Positions 23,221 to 36,881 of a stretch of DNA of 64,000 bases are shown one piece after another. A program made the translations under genes and the position numbers. The number at the start of each line of letters is the position of its first letter. Position 1 is the stretch's first letter. The notes under the pieces are model-generated. The model saw only the letters and a list, made by a program, of their open reading frames with translations, did no database searches and was not told the DNA's origin. This DNA comes from Paragordius varius (lineage: Eukaryota > Animalia > Nematomorpha), in assembly GCA_964247055.1 (NCBI GenBank), contig OZ176052.1, positions 4,712,001 to 4,776,000 on the forward strand, given 5' to 3'.

Positions 23221-26200
23221 ATGGATGGGATCAGATCGGAGGATCCAGGCTATGTGCAAGAAAATCAAATTTTTAATAACATTTCAAAAGAGGTTTAATA
23301 TTTACAATATTTTAAGGTTGAGGCACGACTGGCAGCAAAACGCGCGGCACGTCTTCAGGCTCGAGAATTGCGCAAAAAAGAACTTATTCGTCAAAAATCT
23401 TTTAAATCTCAACAATATCCAATGAAACCTGAAGATATAAGTTTATCACCACATGACAATGTCACAAATTGTATTGAAAATAAATTTTATGCCGATGTAA
23501 ACGGAAACCAAAAGAATCCGTCACATTTAAATATGCGCGGCCATCAAAATTCCATCCTGTATAATGATGAAATATCGGATAGTCTTTCATTTACTGCAGA
23601 TTCAAATTTGTCAGATAACATATCAACTAATGGATCATCTAGTAACTTCCGAAATTTAATTTTATAGGGCAAGAAGATGGAAGTGCAGATCAAAGTTTAT
23701 TGGATATGGACAATTTAATAAAAGTTTATATTTTGATTATAACATAACTTAGAAATACAAAGATCTTGAAAAACAACACATTGCTTGCTTAAAAAACAAC
23801 ACTCAATTAAATTCTGAATTGGATATTATAAAATATGAATTAGAAACTGCAAAGGACGATTGGGATGATTTAGAATTGGAATTCTATACTTTGAAACGAC
23901 AAAGTCGAAGGGAACATGAGGTAATAAGTAAATTTGTTAATTTAAAATTGTTGAATAGATTTTAATTTATCTATTTGTTTTTCGTTTAACAGCTTTTTTA
24001 GCCACCAAATATTTTTAACTCTCATTATTTTGTCATTTTTTGTTAAAGCATTTAATGACCTGAAATATTTCGAATCTTATGATTGATTTTATTATATTTT
24101 CTACCATTTTATTTAATATTTTTTACAATATTAAAAAATACTGTTAAAATTTTAACACATTTAAATATTCTCATAAATGTATGTTTGTAAATTTTATAGG
24201 AACTACTTGTACTAAAAAAACATCACGAAAGCCAAGCCAAAGAATTGCGAAAAGCCAAAGAACAAATTGCCAAACGTGATCAATTATTATTGGTACATAA
24301 TTTTGATGTATTTGTCGAATAATATTATAAATGTTTTATAAATTAGTAGTGTTTAAAAATGTTTTACACCTTACAGATAAGAAATATTTAACTAAATAAG
24401 TTTTTCATTTTTATTAAGTTTTAAAAATATATTTCTTCAAATTATTTGTTTTATTACAGTCGACAATAAATTTTTCTGCCACTCAGGTTTTTGCATTTTC
24501 TTATATCTACTATCATTTTAACAGTCAATCTGAAATAAAAAATATTATTCTACTTAAGAATTTTTTGTAATATGATTTTTTATGCCATCTTTATAAATTC
24601 CAAAAAATATTTTTCTTTCAAAATATTCAACAAATGTCCATTTGTAATATATCATTCAAAAGATTAATGAGAACTCTATAAAATACATATTAATGTGTTT
24701 TACATCGATAGTTCTTTTGGAGATAAAAAACGCAAACCTGCGAAGCGAGAGCGTTTTTCAATAAATATTTTAAAATCAATGGATGAAAACAGCCAAGCTT
24801 TATATAGAGTGAATATGTAAAAACTAAAAAGTAATAATGACACTTATTTATTGCTTTTATGACATTAACAGCCATTTTTAGTTTTTTGTATTTCATCTCA
24901 TCGATAATTTTATTTTAAAAGGGTTTTATTTTTAAAATTCCAACTAGAAATTGAGTTTAAAACATTCTTGATCTTTTATAACCATTATGTAATAAATTTA
25001 CAGTCATAACTATGCACTTTACTATTCACAAGGTCAAATAATTTTGATAATAATTATTTTTACTATGATAGCAAACTAAGAGCTTTTTCTAAATTTTTTT
25101 CCAAATTATTTATAAATGTCCCTAATCATAAAATTAAAATAATTTATATGATTTATTAGTTTCTCTGTGAAAATTTTTGACTTATTTAAGGGTTGAAAAT
25201 TTTCATATAAACCTAATTATCTTTTACATCAGATTGATATAATAGATATATTACCATTCTAAAGATTCAGTTTTTTGCGCTCTTTTGAGTGATATACAAT
25301 ACAAGACTATATATCTAATACTTTTAATAGTAGGAATTTCCAATTTAATGTTGAATCGAGGCCAAAATTTTCGAAAAACTCTAATAAAAAATTCTTAGGT
25401 ATTCACCATTTTTTTTCAGATATACTATTTATGTATTTTAATGAGATAAATTTTAAATTTACAAAAATGGCACTTAAAAAAGTCAAAATTTGTTGTCTAG
25501 TATTATAATAATAGCAAAGTAATATAAGACTACTGGATATAAACATTATTTTCTATGAAAAACATTTCATTTTATCCAGATAAAAAAATTAATTTAGTAT
25601 ATTTGACTTTAGAGATTACCTATTCTATAACATATATATCCAATATACTTAGAATTCTAATCTCACCATAGTTGATGTGATTGACCCATCATCTAGCCAG
25701 CAAGAACCGATTGAAAACGGTTCAGTCAACCAAAGCAACAATACTAAATCTGTTAACCCAATAAAAAGGACAAATAGCCATAGTGCTCAAACCCTTTCGC
25801 CATGTCCACAATTACATTCTCGGGTCCAACCACATCTATATTATCAAAGGAATGACACTTTAAGCAATTATCAAACAAATAATGACGGAAATGGACTCGA
25901 CAACGATACGAAAGAATCCAAATTAGATTTGTCATATTTACCGCAAATTTTATTGGGGACACAAACTATACAGCTGTTACATGAGTTTATAACGGAAGAA
26001 TGTTTGGAAGAATCTTTAGGTATTTACTTGTGTGTATATATATACCATCTACACCTCAAATTCACCCTTGAACAAATAAATGCTAATATCAACTATTCCC
26101 TAAATTTTTTTATATTTTTATAAAATGAAATTTCTTTTAAACCTAACTTAATACAATAAAACCATGATATAAAGAAACATATTAATTATAAATGACCGAG

Positions 26201-27829
26201 TGTTAATTTGAATCGTTTAAGGAGGAATTTGAGGTGACATGGTGTATATTTGGATCTTTTTGGCTGTCACCGAATTTTCAGAGAGGGAATTTTGTTAACA
26301 ATATTTTCTATTATACCATGGTTTGCTATAAATTTAATTATACTTTTTGTTTCATTATGCTATCGATATTTAATTTTTTAATCTTCTATAGATTCCGTGC
26401 TTAGTCAATTAATTAAAGATAAACGAGACCTTATTACCCGAATCAATGAACTAGAGCGATATTTAACTAAAGGTATTTTTTTATGTTTTATTTTATGTTT
26501 GAATCATTTTATTAATATTATAAATGATGTTTTATTCAAATTCACCTATTTACTAAGATCTTTACAATTTAATCCAGTTTGATGATTTTTTCGTGTTTTT
26601 AATAAATTTTCTAAAGAGTGCCTATGTTGGTTTTTGATTTGTTTGCAAGATGAGAATCGCCCTCAATTAGTTTTTGGCCTAAAACAAAATCTTCTTGCTT
26701 TTTATGGAATATAATTTCAGTCAATTATATATTAAAATTTAAAAAAGAGACTATTCCTCCAAATTTTTAATATTTACACCAAAAATAATTGTTAACGTAG
26801 TTGATGGATGAATCATAAAAATTAGGACTATTCTAATATATATTAAATTTATTAAAATAACTTTTAAAAAATATATGTTGGAGAATTAGAAAGGATTGAG
26901 TGTTAATATATGGGTATTAATTTATAATATTTATTAGATCTCACGAATGATGATACGACATTTTCTAACGAATTTCAAACAAAAATCTCTTTAAATTCAA
27001 CACCGCGCAAATCTCTGGTTGATAGGGAAATGCAAACATTTCAAGATGATCATGATATAAGTAAATTAATTTAAATTTAATGATTGCAAAATATATTGAA
27101 AAAAACATACTACTTTTAGGGCTTTATTAAGCCATATTATTTTTATGATTGTTCTTATTTAATAACTTAGAAGAGACAAAACGTAAATTAGTGGAATATG
27201 ATTATAAAATGCAGCGATTACAACAAGAATTGACCACTCTGGGTGCCAATGTAAATATTATATATATATGAATTATTTTTTAAAATTATAACATTTTTGG
27301 TTTTTTCAAAAAAAATTTTTTTTGGTGATATTTTCAAGTTGGAAAGATCTGAGGCAAATTGCGAACGACACAAACAAGCTCGTGAAATAATGGAACAGAG
27401 CGAATCAGAAGTCAAAGCGGAAAACCGAAAGTTAAAACGTGAGGTCAGTAAGATTAAAAAAACTCTATTTTTTGCATTTACGAATCTTCATTATATTAAA
27501 TATTAACGCCCATAATACATTTAACTTATTTAACATATATGGTGCAAATTGTCAATATACGAATACATTCCAAAATTTTAACTAATGTTTATTTAACTTT
27601 AGTTTATTAATCCAGATTTGTATACAAGTTCCATTAATTTTTAATCTTTTCTTTATTTTGTTTACATTTTAAAACCACGCATATTTTATGTTTTTGTTAC
27701 ATTTTGTAGTTGAGAGATTCCAAACAATTGGTCGAAGAATTGGAAAGCAAAATTGGGCATTTGGAAAGGAGGCTTGAAAAATTACGTGCCTCTCGTTTAA
27801 CCAATGCCGTTATAAACGAATTATCATGA
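23221..27829 (+). CDS. LRRFIP: Leucine-rich repeat flightless-interacting protein (LRRFIP1/2 family), about 11 exons
   Basis: Spliced product MDG...NNISKE|VEARLAAKRAARLQARELRKKELIRQ ... KYELETAKD ... VKAENRKLKRE|LRDSKQLVEELESKIGHLERRLEKLRAS matches recalled LRRFIP motifs (AEARLAAKRAARAEAR; LKAEKRKLQRE; HLAKRLEKMK). All junctions are GT-AG and phase-consistent. Micro-introns at 23293-23316, 23642-23667 and 23724-23752. Confidence 0.9.
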
Positions 27830-29149
27830 ACCGATAGTAATGAATTGAGTCGTGTATATGCCTCGTGTTTTAATTATATTAACCTAATTCAAAACTACTT
27901 ACTTTAATTATCTCTCTTCACCCTTTTTATATGTGATTTGGCTCAAAAAGTGGCCATTTACATTATTACTTTTCTTACCACCTACATAATATGTTTGCTT
28001 TGTTTTGCATTTTGGTTTTTTAACTTTTTTATTTAGATAATAAAATGACACTATTCTACATTGTAATAACCGACCCCATCCTAAGCCTTCCATTTTTATA
28101 TATTTATTAGACCTTAGAATACAAATAATGTATTATTATTGATTTGCAAATAAATGAAATCCAAACATTCAGTAAAGTTAGTCATATATTTTTAAACAAT
28201 CTAGCATTAACCATATAAATTGAAAAAAATTTAGGTTCTACAATAACCATTTACTAAATTTTAAGGTAAACTTTACGTTCGATATTTTTATTTTTATAAC
28301 TCTTTTTACTGCTAAAATAATTATCAAACATTGAATTCATAACTTATCTAAAAGATGCAAATGTAGACATCATAATTGATTTAAGTCCCTTCAAGTATTG
28401 CCTAAATAGGGAAGCCATCAATTAAATTTCTAGCAGCCTTAAAAAATATATCTATTAGAAACCACTCCTGTTTATGATACTCAACCACACCAATTTTCAT
28501 ACGAAAACAAAATATCAGCTTCTGCGCGATTACGAAAAAACAAAAATTCCCCGATCATTAATTAAAAGGCTTTAAACGTAAACGATAAAATATTTAAGAA
28601 TTCTCCTACGATTCCAACAATAATCCGTTTTAAGCTCCCTTCTATTTACCAAAAATATTAACGCTTTTTAACAAAAATTATGTCTACCCTATGGAATTTT
28701 ACCCGACGATATTGTGCGTCATCAGACCTGGAGAAAATGCTTATGTTTGATTAATATACCCTTTTGTTTTCAGTGCTGTGTTTTTAGCATTTAGCTCTAT
28801 TTTTCCCAAATACTATTAATTGTATTATTGTTTAATTAATCGGATGTTATTTTAGTCAGATAGATGAACGCGTCGACTTCAGTTGTTAATATTAAGGGGC
28901 ATTTGTTTAATTTCCACATGCATAGCTATATGCAAGAATGAATCACATTTAAAATTAAATTGTTCGCGGGATTTGCCGCTTACATATGTCCACTATTTGT
29001 GAAATCCTTTAACCGGAGCAATAATTTAAATTCGAGATGTGACCTACACACTGCATTTTACAATAGCGTATGATTGAATGTTTGTCAAATTATGTTAAAA
29101 TATATAAAATTGTTTGATGGCAACTCTTTGTTTTTTTCTTCACACTCTA

Positions 29150-29870
29150 CTCTCATTTATGATAATCATACACTTACAAAAACCGACTGCAACAAAATAA
29201 AAGCGTTCAAGTTTATGGACCAATAGATATATGCTCGGTATACAATGGGAGCAAAAGATAACAAATGATAAAATACTAGAACATACCTACTTCAAAAAAT
29301 TCATAGGCAACTTAGATTTTTTGGACATATGATGAGAGCCGATTAGAAAAAGCGATATGTTAGGGCCAGTTAGAAACTAGGAAACGTGGAAAGCCAAGCT
29401 ACGATACTTAGATCAGATAAAAAACTACAGCACATCCAATCCATGAGCTACAGATATGTCACAACAGAATCTCATAGTTCAAGCTGTCTCAACTGCCCCA
29501 GTTGTATCAAACTAAAAGATATCCATCATTATTTTGTAGAAATCAGCTCTATTTAAATTGTACTAATATTTAAGGTTATCAAAGTTGCCGTTAATACGGT
29601 ATCATCGGCATATAAAATTTCAGAGAAAATTAGCCGAAGCTAAATGCATGATGACAAAGGCGATTCTAATATTCGCAAATCATAAGTAGAGAGTTATTTT
29701 ATGTAAAAATTGGATTAGATTTGACCATAACTCAAACCATTAATAGTTGGTCTTCACATAGACCACATATTATCAATTCAGCTAATTAAATGCAATGATT
29801 TATTCATGGTTTTCACGAAAAAATACGATTGGATACAGTCACATATTTTGATCAAACATATGTTATAAAA
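29150..29870. pseudogene. Two LINE fragments in opposite orientation: RTE-like 3' end (+, about 29150-29430) and RT core (-, about 29500-29870)
   Basis: Plus strand gives ...LRFFGHMMR...LEKAI...RKRGKP across frameshifts. Minus strand gives ILYADDTVL (YADD motif) near 29600. Confidence 0.7.
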
Positions 29871-29893
29871 AATTTACTAAAGTATTTATGGTA

Positions 29894-30458
29894 TTAAAAA
29901 GCAAATAGAATAAGAAAAGCCATCATAAGACAAAAAAGACCCATGGCCTCCGAAAGAGCAAATCCCAAAATAGCGTAAGAAAAAAGTTGTTGTTTTAGGG
30001 ATGGGTTGCGTGCATAACCGATAATCAAACTTCCGAAAACGCTACCAATACCAGCACCTATTTAAATATAAAAATTGTATATTAGGTAAGGAATAAATTG
30101 CAAATATCAAATGGTTAAAAAATTTCCAATTAAATACTTTATAATGCTGTTTGTAAAAATATCTTATACAATACCCGATCCAGCTACACCAACAGTAGCA
30201 GCACCTGCTCCAATAAATTTGGCAGCGGTATCAATATCTTTAACAGCGGGTGTCGTGTGAAATTTAGCTACATCCGGAACATTAACCTATAATTATAAGG
30301 TTTTACAACTTGACAGTTAGAATTTTTAAATAATAATCCCGTTGAAAGGGCTGAATATAGCCGGCTTATGTTTTGATTAAAGTAAACACTGTTTACACCC
30401 AGTTTAATCTACGATTTATAAATATTATTACTGATTTTTTAAGGATTAGAGATGCCAT
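29894..30458 (-). CDS. ATP5MC: Mitochondrial ATP synthase Fo subunit c (lipid-binding protein) precursor, 4 exons
   Basis: Exons 30432-30458, 30310-30408, 30175-30286 and 29894-30057. The mature part [22 protein letters not shown]|[53 protein letters not shown] is unmistakable. The presequence is restored by two 23-nt introns. Confidence 0.97.
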
Positions 30459-32569
30459 GCCGTTCTGTAACATATGTAAGCGAAAAAATGTGGATATAAA
30501 TACAAATTATCCAAATATTCATTTCAATAAATATATTAGGCATGTGATGAGTATAAAATAAATTTACAGAGTGGACAATGATATATACTGAATAAATATA
30601 TATATTATGGCATAAAATGCATGTTTATATTATCTTCAATGAGGATACAAGTTTTTACGTATATGGTAAATCAAAAGAAACAATTTTAATTTTATTTGTA
30701 GCTTCATAAATTACCGTATCATAATATAATTTTTACAAAAGGTTGTGTTTAAAAAATTTTTGCCCTTAAACACAAAAACATTATAAATAAAATATAAGGG
30801 GATATTAGAAAGTGTAATATTTCAAAAGTATTTATATTGTTTCCCGCATGCTTGAAAATGCCATAAAACTGGCATCGCCTGAAATTCCCTATTAATAACA
30901 TTTTAAAACAAAATTCCCTAATTTTCGTAAAAAAACTTTGCTTGATGTTTAAATCAACCACATATGTAAAATGTTATCGCGCATTGATTGTGTTAAGTTT
31001 CAGAAAACCTACTCGTTTTAGGGTCCAAAAATTTGAGACTTTTAGAGCCCACATCTAATAATTTATTTTATAAAAAAATCTGGATATAGTTAATTATCAG
31101 TTATATATTTAAAGCATTTACCTTTTACTAAAATAATTAGTAAAATGGGCGCATTTTACATTTTTTTGATATAAAGCTATTCACAAAATCAAATAGTTTT
31201 CTTGTTGTATTCGTATGATGCAATTGAAGCACCATTAGAATCCTGATACATTTATCTATCAGAATAATTGTATTTTATCAGAATATTACTTTCATTCCCC
31301 GATATTGTGCGTATTGTAAACTAAATTTATAAAAACAAATTTTAAACGTAAAAAAGCAAATCATATCTCAACTATTTATCTGCACACATTTTTGGATAAA
31401 AAAAGCCGTAATACAATATTTTGAGATCTAAATTTGAGAAAAAACAACTTTGAAAATCAATATCAAAATTAGTGGGATGTTTGAAAGATATTAAAAATCA
31501 ATTATTTAAATATACAATTTTTCGGTTGCAATAACAATTTATAAAGTGTGGATATTTACATTTTTACATATTTTAGGTTTATTTAATCATCGTAAAAAGC
31601 TTAAATTGCATAATTCCTTAATCAAATTTATCCAAAAGGTAATCGAGTGTTAATTGTTTTATTGAAAATTTTTATTTATCTGTTTGTTTTGATTGGATAA
31701 GAGGTATCCATCTCCACTAAAAGTTGCATTCTGTAAAGTTTTGGTTTTAGCGATACTTTTTAATAGTATTTATACTAATGGATATAGCCTTTGGGAAATG
31801 TATTCTTTATTGAAAAAGGCAAAGTTTTGGATATTTTGATGCAGAACCAATGTGGATCAAATATATGCAATACAATATTTCTATAAATTTATCCTTTTAT
31901 AAGCTTCAAATGTCACACTAAAGGCTTGATTATGTCAGCAAAAAAATTATAAATAATACAATATTTTATAAAAGTATTAAATAATAAATTAAGAAAGCAA
32001 GCTTTCTTTCCCAAATCTTGTTAAAACAGTTTTTAATCAATATGAGACCAGTTACGCATAACTATGACTTAGTCCACCATATTATGACTAATTGTTTTTT
32101 CTGTAATCAGAAAACATGGGATGCATTAATCATATAATTAACAAAAATATCGACTGAATTGGCTCTTATACTTTAATAATAAACCCATTAATGCAGTAGG
32201 TCCAACCTTTTTTTGTTCACGCCCCACCAAATTGATAGCAAAATTTTTGCGCCCCCCCCCCCCCCACCTCCCAAAAAAATCTAAATTTAAATTGTAAAAT
32301 ATATTATAGTATTATAAAAATCCCAATCAAAGAGATCCTTATATCTGCATTTTTTAAAATATCTTTCCCATATGGGTGACAAATCCTGATGATTCGCACC
32401 TGAAATTCTATTTGTTTCTTGTTTTATTTTTAATCAAATTCTCCAAAAAATTTTGCCTTGATTTTGTGTAGTCTTATAACTTGGACAAAAAATGCTTTAA
32501 AGTCACTTTATTTTTACATGATGGTGTATTTAACACAGGATGAAACGCTTAGCGCCTTATTGCTTAGGG

Positions 32570-35299
32570 CAGGGGTGGCCAACGAGGTGACCGCGGTCAC
32601 TTTCGTGACCGCGACAACTCAAAAAGTGACCGCCTGAAAATATTTTTTTTAAAAAATTTTATTGATTTTTTTCGGATAGTTGGCTACTTCTGAGCGAATT
32701 TAAATTTAAAATACAAAAAAATACGGTTTAAATTAAAAAAAAAACGTCTAAGAAAAGGGTGTAAAAAAATTATTTTATTAATTATAATTCATATGTTTTG
32801 GAGCATTTGCATTAAAACTTAAAATCAGTCATTTCCCTTGAATATATCAAAACTTTGAGCAAAGCTTATTCATAAATCAGAAGCATAATCGTGAAGTTAG
32901 ATTTGATTTGATACACCAAAAGTAGGTTTTTAAAACTTATATTTTAGAATGAGCCAAAAAAAGTTGTACAGATACAAGAAAGATTGGGAGCATGAATACT
33001 TTTTTATTATGATAAATGAAACATGCACCTGTCTAATATGCAATAGTACTGTTGCTTTGCCCAAAAAGTCAAATATTGAAAGACATTATAGATCTCTGCA
33101 TCCACATTACTCCAAAAACTACCCCTTACAAACTCAAGAACGCAACATTAAAGTAAAGGAATTAAAAGAACAATTATCCGCCTCACAAAATAGCATACTT
33201 AAATACAACAAAGACTATAAAAATGCTACGATTGCTTCATTCAAGGTAGCGGAAATACTCATTCGGAACAATAAGCCATTCCAAGATGGTGAAATATTTA
33301 AAGAAGCCTTTATTAGCGCTTGTGATATTTTATTTGAAAATTTTGATAACAAAAATAATATTATTACAGCTATTAAAAGCATAAGCTTATCGAGAAATAC
33401 CGTTATGCGCAGGGCTGAAGATATTAGTAATAATCTTGATGAAATTTTACATGAATATTAATAACTGTATTTTTTTTCCTTGCAACTCGATGAGTCCACC
33501 GATTATGTTGGAATCGCCCAATTATGCATTTTTATTCGTATGATATTTAGTGATTTATCTGCAAAGGAGGAATTATTAACTATAATACCTCTCCACGAAC
33601 GAACCAGAGGGCAGGATATTTTTGATTCTTTTTATAAATTTATCACAGATACGAAACTTCCCATCGTAAAACTCGCATCTATAACTACTGATGGAGCTCC
33701 AGCTATGATTGGCGTTAACAACGGCTTTATCGCTTTATGTTAAAATCACAGTGCATTTCCCAAGTTCATTGATTACCATTGTATAATCCATAATCAAGTT
33801 TTATGTTCAAAAGTTTTAAAATACCATCATGTAATGAACGCCTGTTTTAAAATTGTTAACGCCATTCGAACAAAAAGCTTGTCCCGCCGCCAATTTCGAA
33901 TTTTGTTAAATGAGTGCGGCGTGGAATATGGAGAACTTTTATTACATACTGATGTAAGGTGGTTGAGTCGTGCCGCATTTTTAATTAGATTTAGGCAACT
34001 TTTACCACAAATAGAAATTTTTTTAGAGAATTCTAAATTTTCATACCCTGAATTGAAAGATCAAGATTGGCTGCTTTATCTTGCATTTTTATGCGATATC
34101 ACGGAAAAATTGCATAAATTAAACATCCAATTACAAGGAAAAGATAAAACAATAATGGATATGATGGGTGCTTTAAAATCTTTTAAGGAAACACTAACAG
34201 TAGTAGAAACACAATTAAAAAACCGAGATTTAAAACATTTTTTTAATCTGGCAGCGGTGTCTGAAAAAATAGAGAATCTCTCTTTTGAATATGCAGATGA
34301 TATTGGTCTGCTTATTAATGATTTTGAAAAACGATATTCATCTATAAATAAACTTGAAGACATCGCTATTTTTTTATCATGCCCATTTAATAATAATAAT
34401 AATGTTGAATATATTGCTCAAAAACTCAGCCACTTTCTTGGTGTACCAAATTTAGCAGAGTTGGAAGAGGAATTAATAAATGTTAAATGCGATATCCATC
34501 TAAAATCATTAGGATCAGATATATATAAATTTATAAATAAAGATAAATACCCCCATATTTGGAAAACCGCTGCATTATTCAATTCCTTTTTTGGATCCAC
34601 GTATTGATGTGAATCGGCTTTTTCAATTATTAATGCTATCAAAACTAAACAGAGGTCACAATTAACTAATAAACATTTAGAATCATGTTTGAGAATTGCT
34701 TTGACTTCATTTGAACCTAATTTAGATAAACTTTCTGAATTTTTTCGCAGTCGGGCGTTTTAAATATTTTTTTCTTTATTCAATATGGATGTTTATCGAG
34801 TTGTATTTTCGCTTAGGAAAAAGCCGATTTACTAAAAAATATGTGGATAGAATTAAAACTGATACAATAATGTACTCTTATTTATGCAAATTATGGTTCT
34901 AAATTGGAATGCTATTTTTTATTTCTTTTATTTTTTGTATCATAATGTATTCTCCCCTGTAATTTCAAATGCATTGTTTAAATTTTTATATTGTAAAATT
35001 TCATATAATAGAAATTTAATAAATAAATATTTTGAAGTGTTATATGTTGGTTAAAAAATTAAGGTAGTTAATAACCCGTTGTCTTTTAATTAAAATTATT
35101 TTTGTATTTGGTTGATAGATAAAAAAATTACAATTTTAAAATGGTTTAAACAAGTCACTCTAATCTGTAAAGCAGGTATATACATCATTTAAAGTGTTGA
35201 TTGAGTTTTTTTGATAAATATTTCTGGGTGACCGCGAACTCTTTTTTTAACAAAAAAGCCAAAAAAAAGCTCGCGACAAAAAAAGTGTGGCCATCCCTG
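32570..35299 (+). mobile_element. Full-length (2730 bp) hAT DNA transposon of the Charlie/SPIN (GTF2IRD2-like) group
   Basis: TIRs CAGGGGTGGCCAAC / GTGTGGCCATCCCTG, perfect 8-bp TSD GCTTAGGG (32562-32569 and 35300-35307), subterminal GTGACCGC repeats. Confidence 0.95.
32949..34763 (+). pseudogene. hAT transposase interrupted by in-frame stops
   Basis: ORFs 32949-33461, 33480-33743 and 33834-34607 share one frame. Motifs: BED-like CLIC...NIERHY, LQLDESTD, TTDGAPAM, YHCIIH, DVRWLS, FGSTY*CESAFS. Stops at 33459-33464 (two), 33741 and 34605. Confidence 0.93.
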
Positions 35300-36881
35300 G
35301 CTTAGGGCATAGAGGCATCAATAGAAAAGCGATTTTATAATATAAAATTTTTTCCAAGCGTTTCTCAAATTTTTGTTTTTTTGTTTTATCATAATATGCA
35401 TTTCTTTCAAAATATACAGTTTGATTATATAATCTACAGGGTTTTTCATTATGGCGCGGGCCGTGGCATTTATAATTAATTATTTAGAATTAAAAAATAA
35501 TTTAATAAAATTACATTTATTCTAGCTGCTACTTTATGCAAAAGACATGTTCAGAAAATATGTTTAAGAAATATCAATGATATTTAAATTCCTTAAATGG
35601 CATTTTATATTACTTGCTATTATATATTGCAGGCTGCAATTTTTTTAAAGGGCTGGGTGTTGGACACCTGTCTACTATATATAAATATCCATTTTTGAGT
35701 TGTGAATATTAGCCCATTAGTATATATATATATATGATATAATTCGCAAGCTACAAAACCTGAAGTGTTCAACACACGGTCCAAATTAGAAAAAAATCCA
35801 AATAAATGCAACATTTTCAAGAAAATCTTAGTAAAATTATAAAATTTATATTATTTCATTTAAAATATTATTTTTAATAATTCGTTCAAAATCATTTCTA
35901 TTTTTCTATTTATACCAGTAAAGAATTATTTTAATATTTATTTATACCACATAATTTGCTAAAAGTACTATTAGTTATTAAAGGTAAAATTATCAATCAA
36001 TGAAACTTAAAGACGAAAATTAAGAATAGATAGATTAAAATTGTTTTATTGAAGATAAACATAACACCATGATATTTGAATAGGCATATATTTGAATAAT
36101 TCTCTGAATTACGCCAACGAATAACAAAAATTAAAATGATTTAATTCGTGGATATAAAATGATTATTTTTTCAGTGACATGATTGAATTATAATAAATTA
36201 TTTATTGTTGTCGATTGTTATATTTTTTCAAGTGGCCCGCCAGATTTTTCAAGCTGAAAATGCGGTCGGCGAAGCCATTTGTGTTGGACAGCTCTGCTCT
36301 TAACGAAAATCAATATACAAATCCTGAAATTTTTTAAATCAGAACATATATTTTAAGGATATTTTTTACCCCCGATTTTGTGAACTCTGTAATTATTATA
36401 TGCATTAAACCTTAAATAAATACCTGATAAGTATACACTGCGTCTGAAATCTGGCGGTATAAATAACTATTATGATGAAATATATATTCTGATAAAAGAA
36501 TGTATCAGGATTATCATGGTGCTTTTGGTTTTGATATGACGAGTAATTTAAGAATTTACACTTTTGTAATTGCTCCATATCGCAAAATGGCGAGAATTGC
36601 GCATTTATCAAATAGATTTTTTTGCTGGGAGCTAAATGGTATATTTCAAATATATCATTAGATATCATTACATATAAACGCTAAATATTTTAATAAAATT
36701 TTAAATTTAGACGTAAGTTCCAAAAGTCCAAAATTTTTTTGCCAAAATGGGTTAAATCAAAATGTCGTGATTGCCGGATAAAAATAAATATATGCTAAAT
36801 TTTAACATCAAAAAAAAATTGCCCGAAAAAATGGATATTTTGCTTAAAGTTTAAATTAGGAAAATTTTGTTGGTGTATACT

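Noticed and set aside
33459-34607. Stop-codon reassignment or readthrough suggested by in-frame TAA/TGA in the hAT transposase
   Set aside because: Host genes terminate normally at TAA (GPCR, ATP5MC, Kunitz) and TGA (LRRFIP, PIGW), and their exons have no internal stops. Mutational decay is sufficient.
34076-34642. Minus-strand ORFs 34076-34363 and 34418-34642
   Set aside because: Antisense shadows of the hAT transposase.
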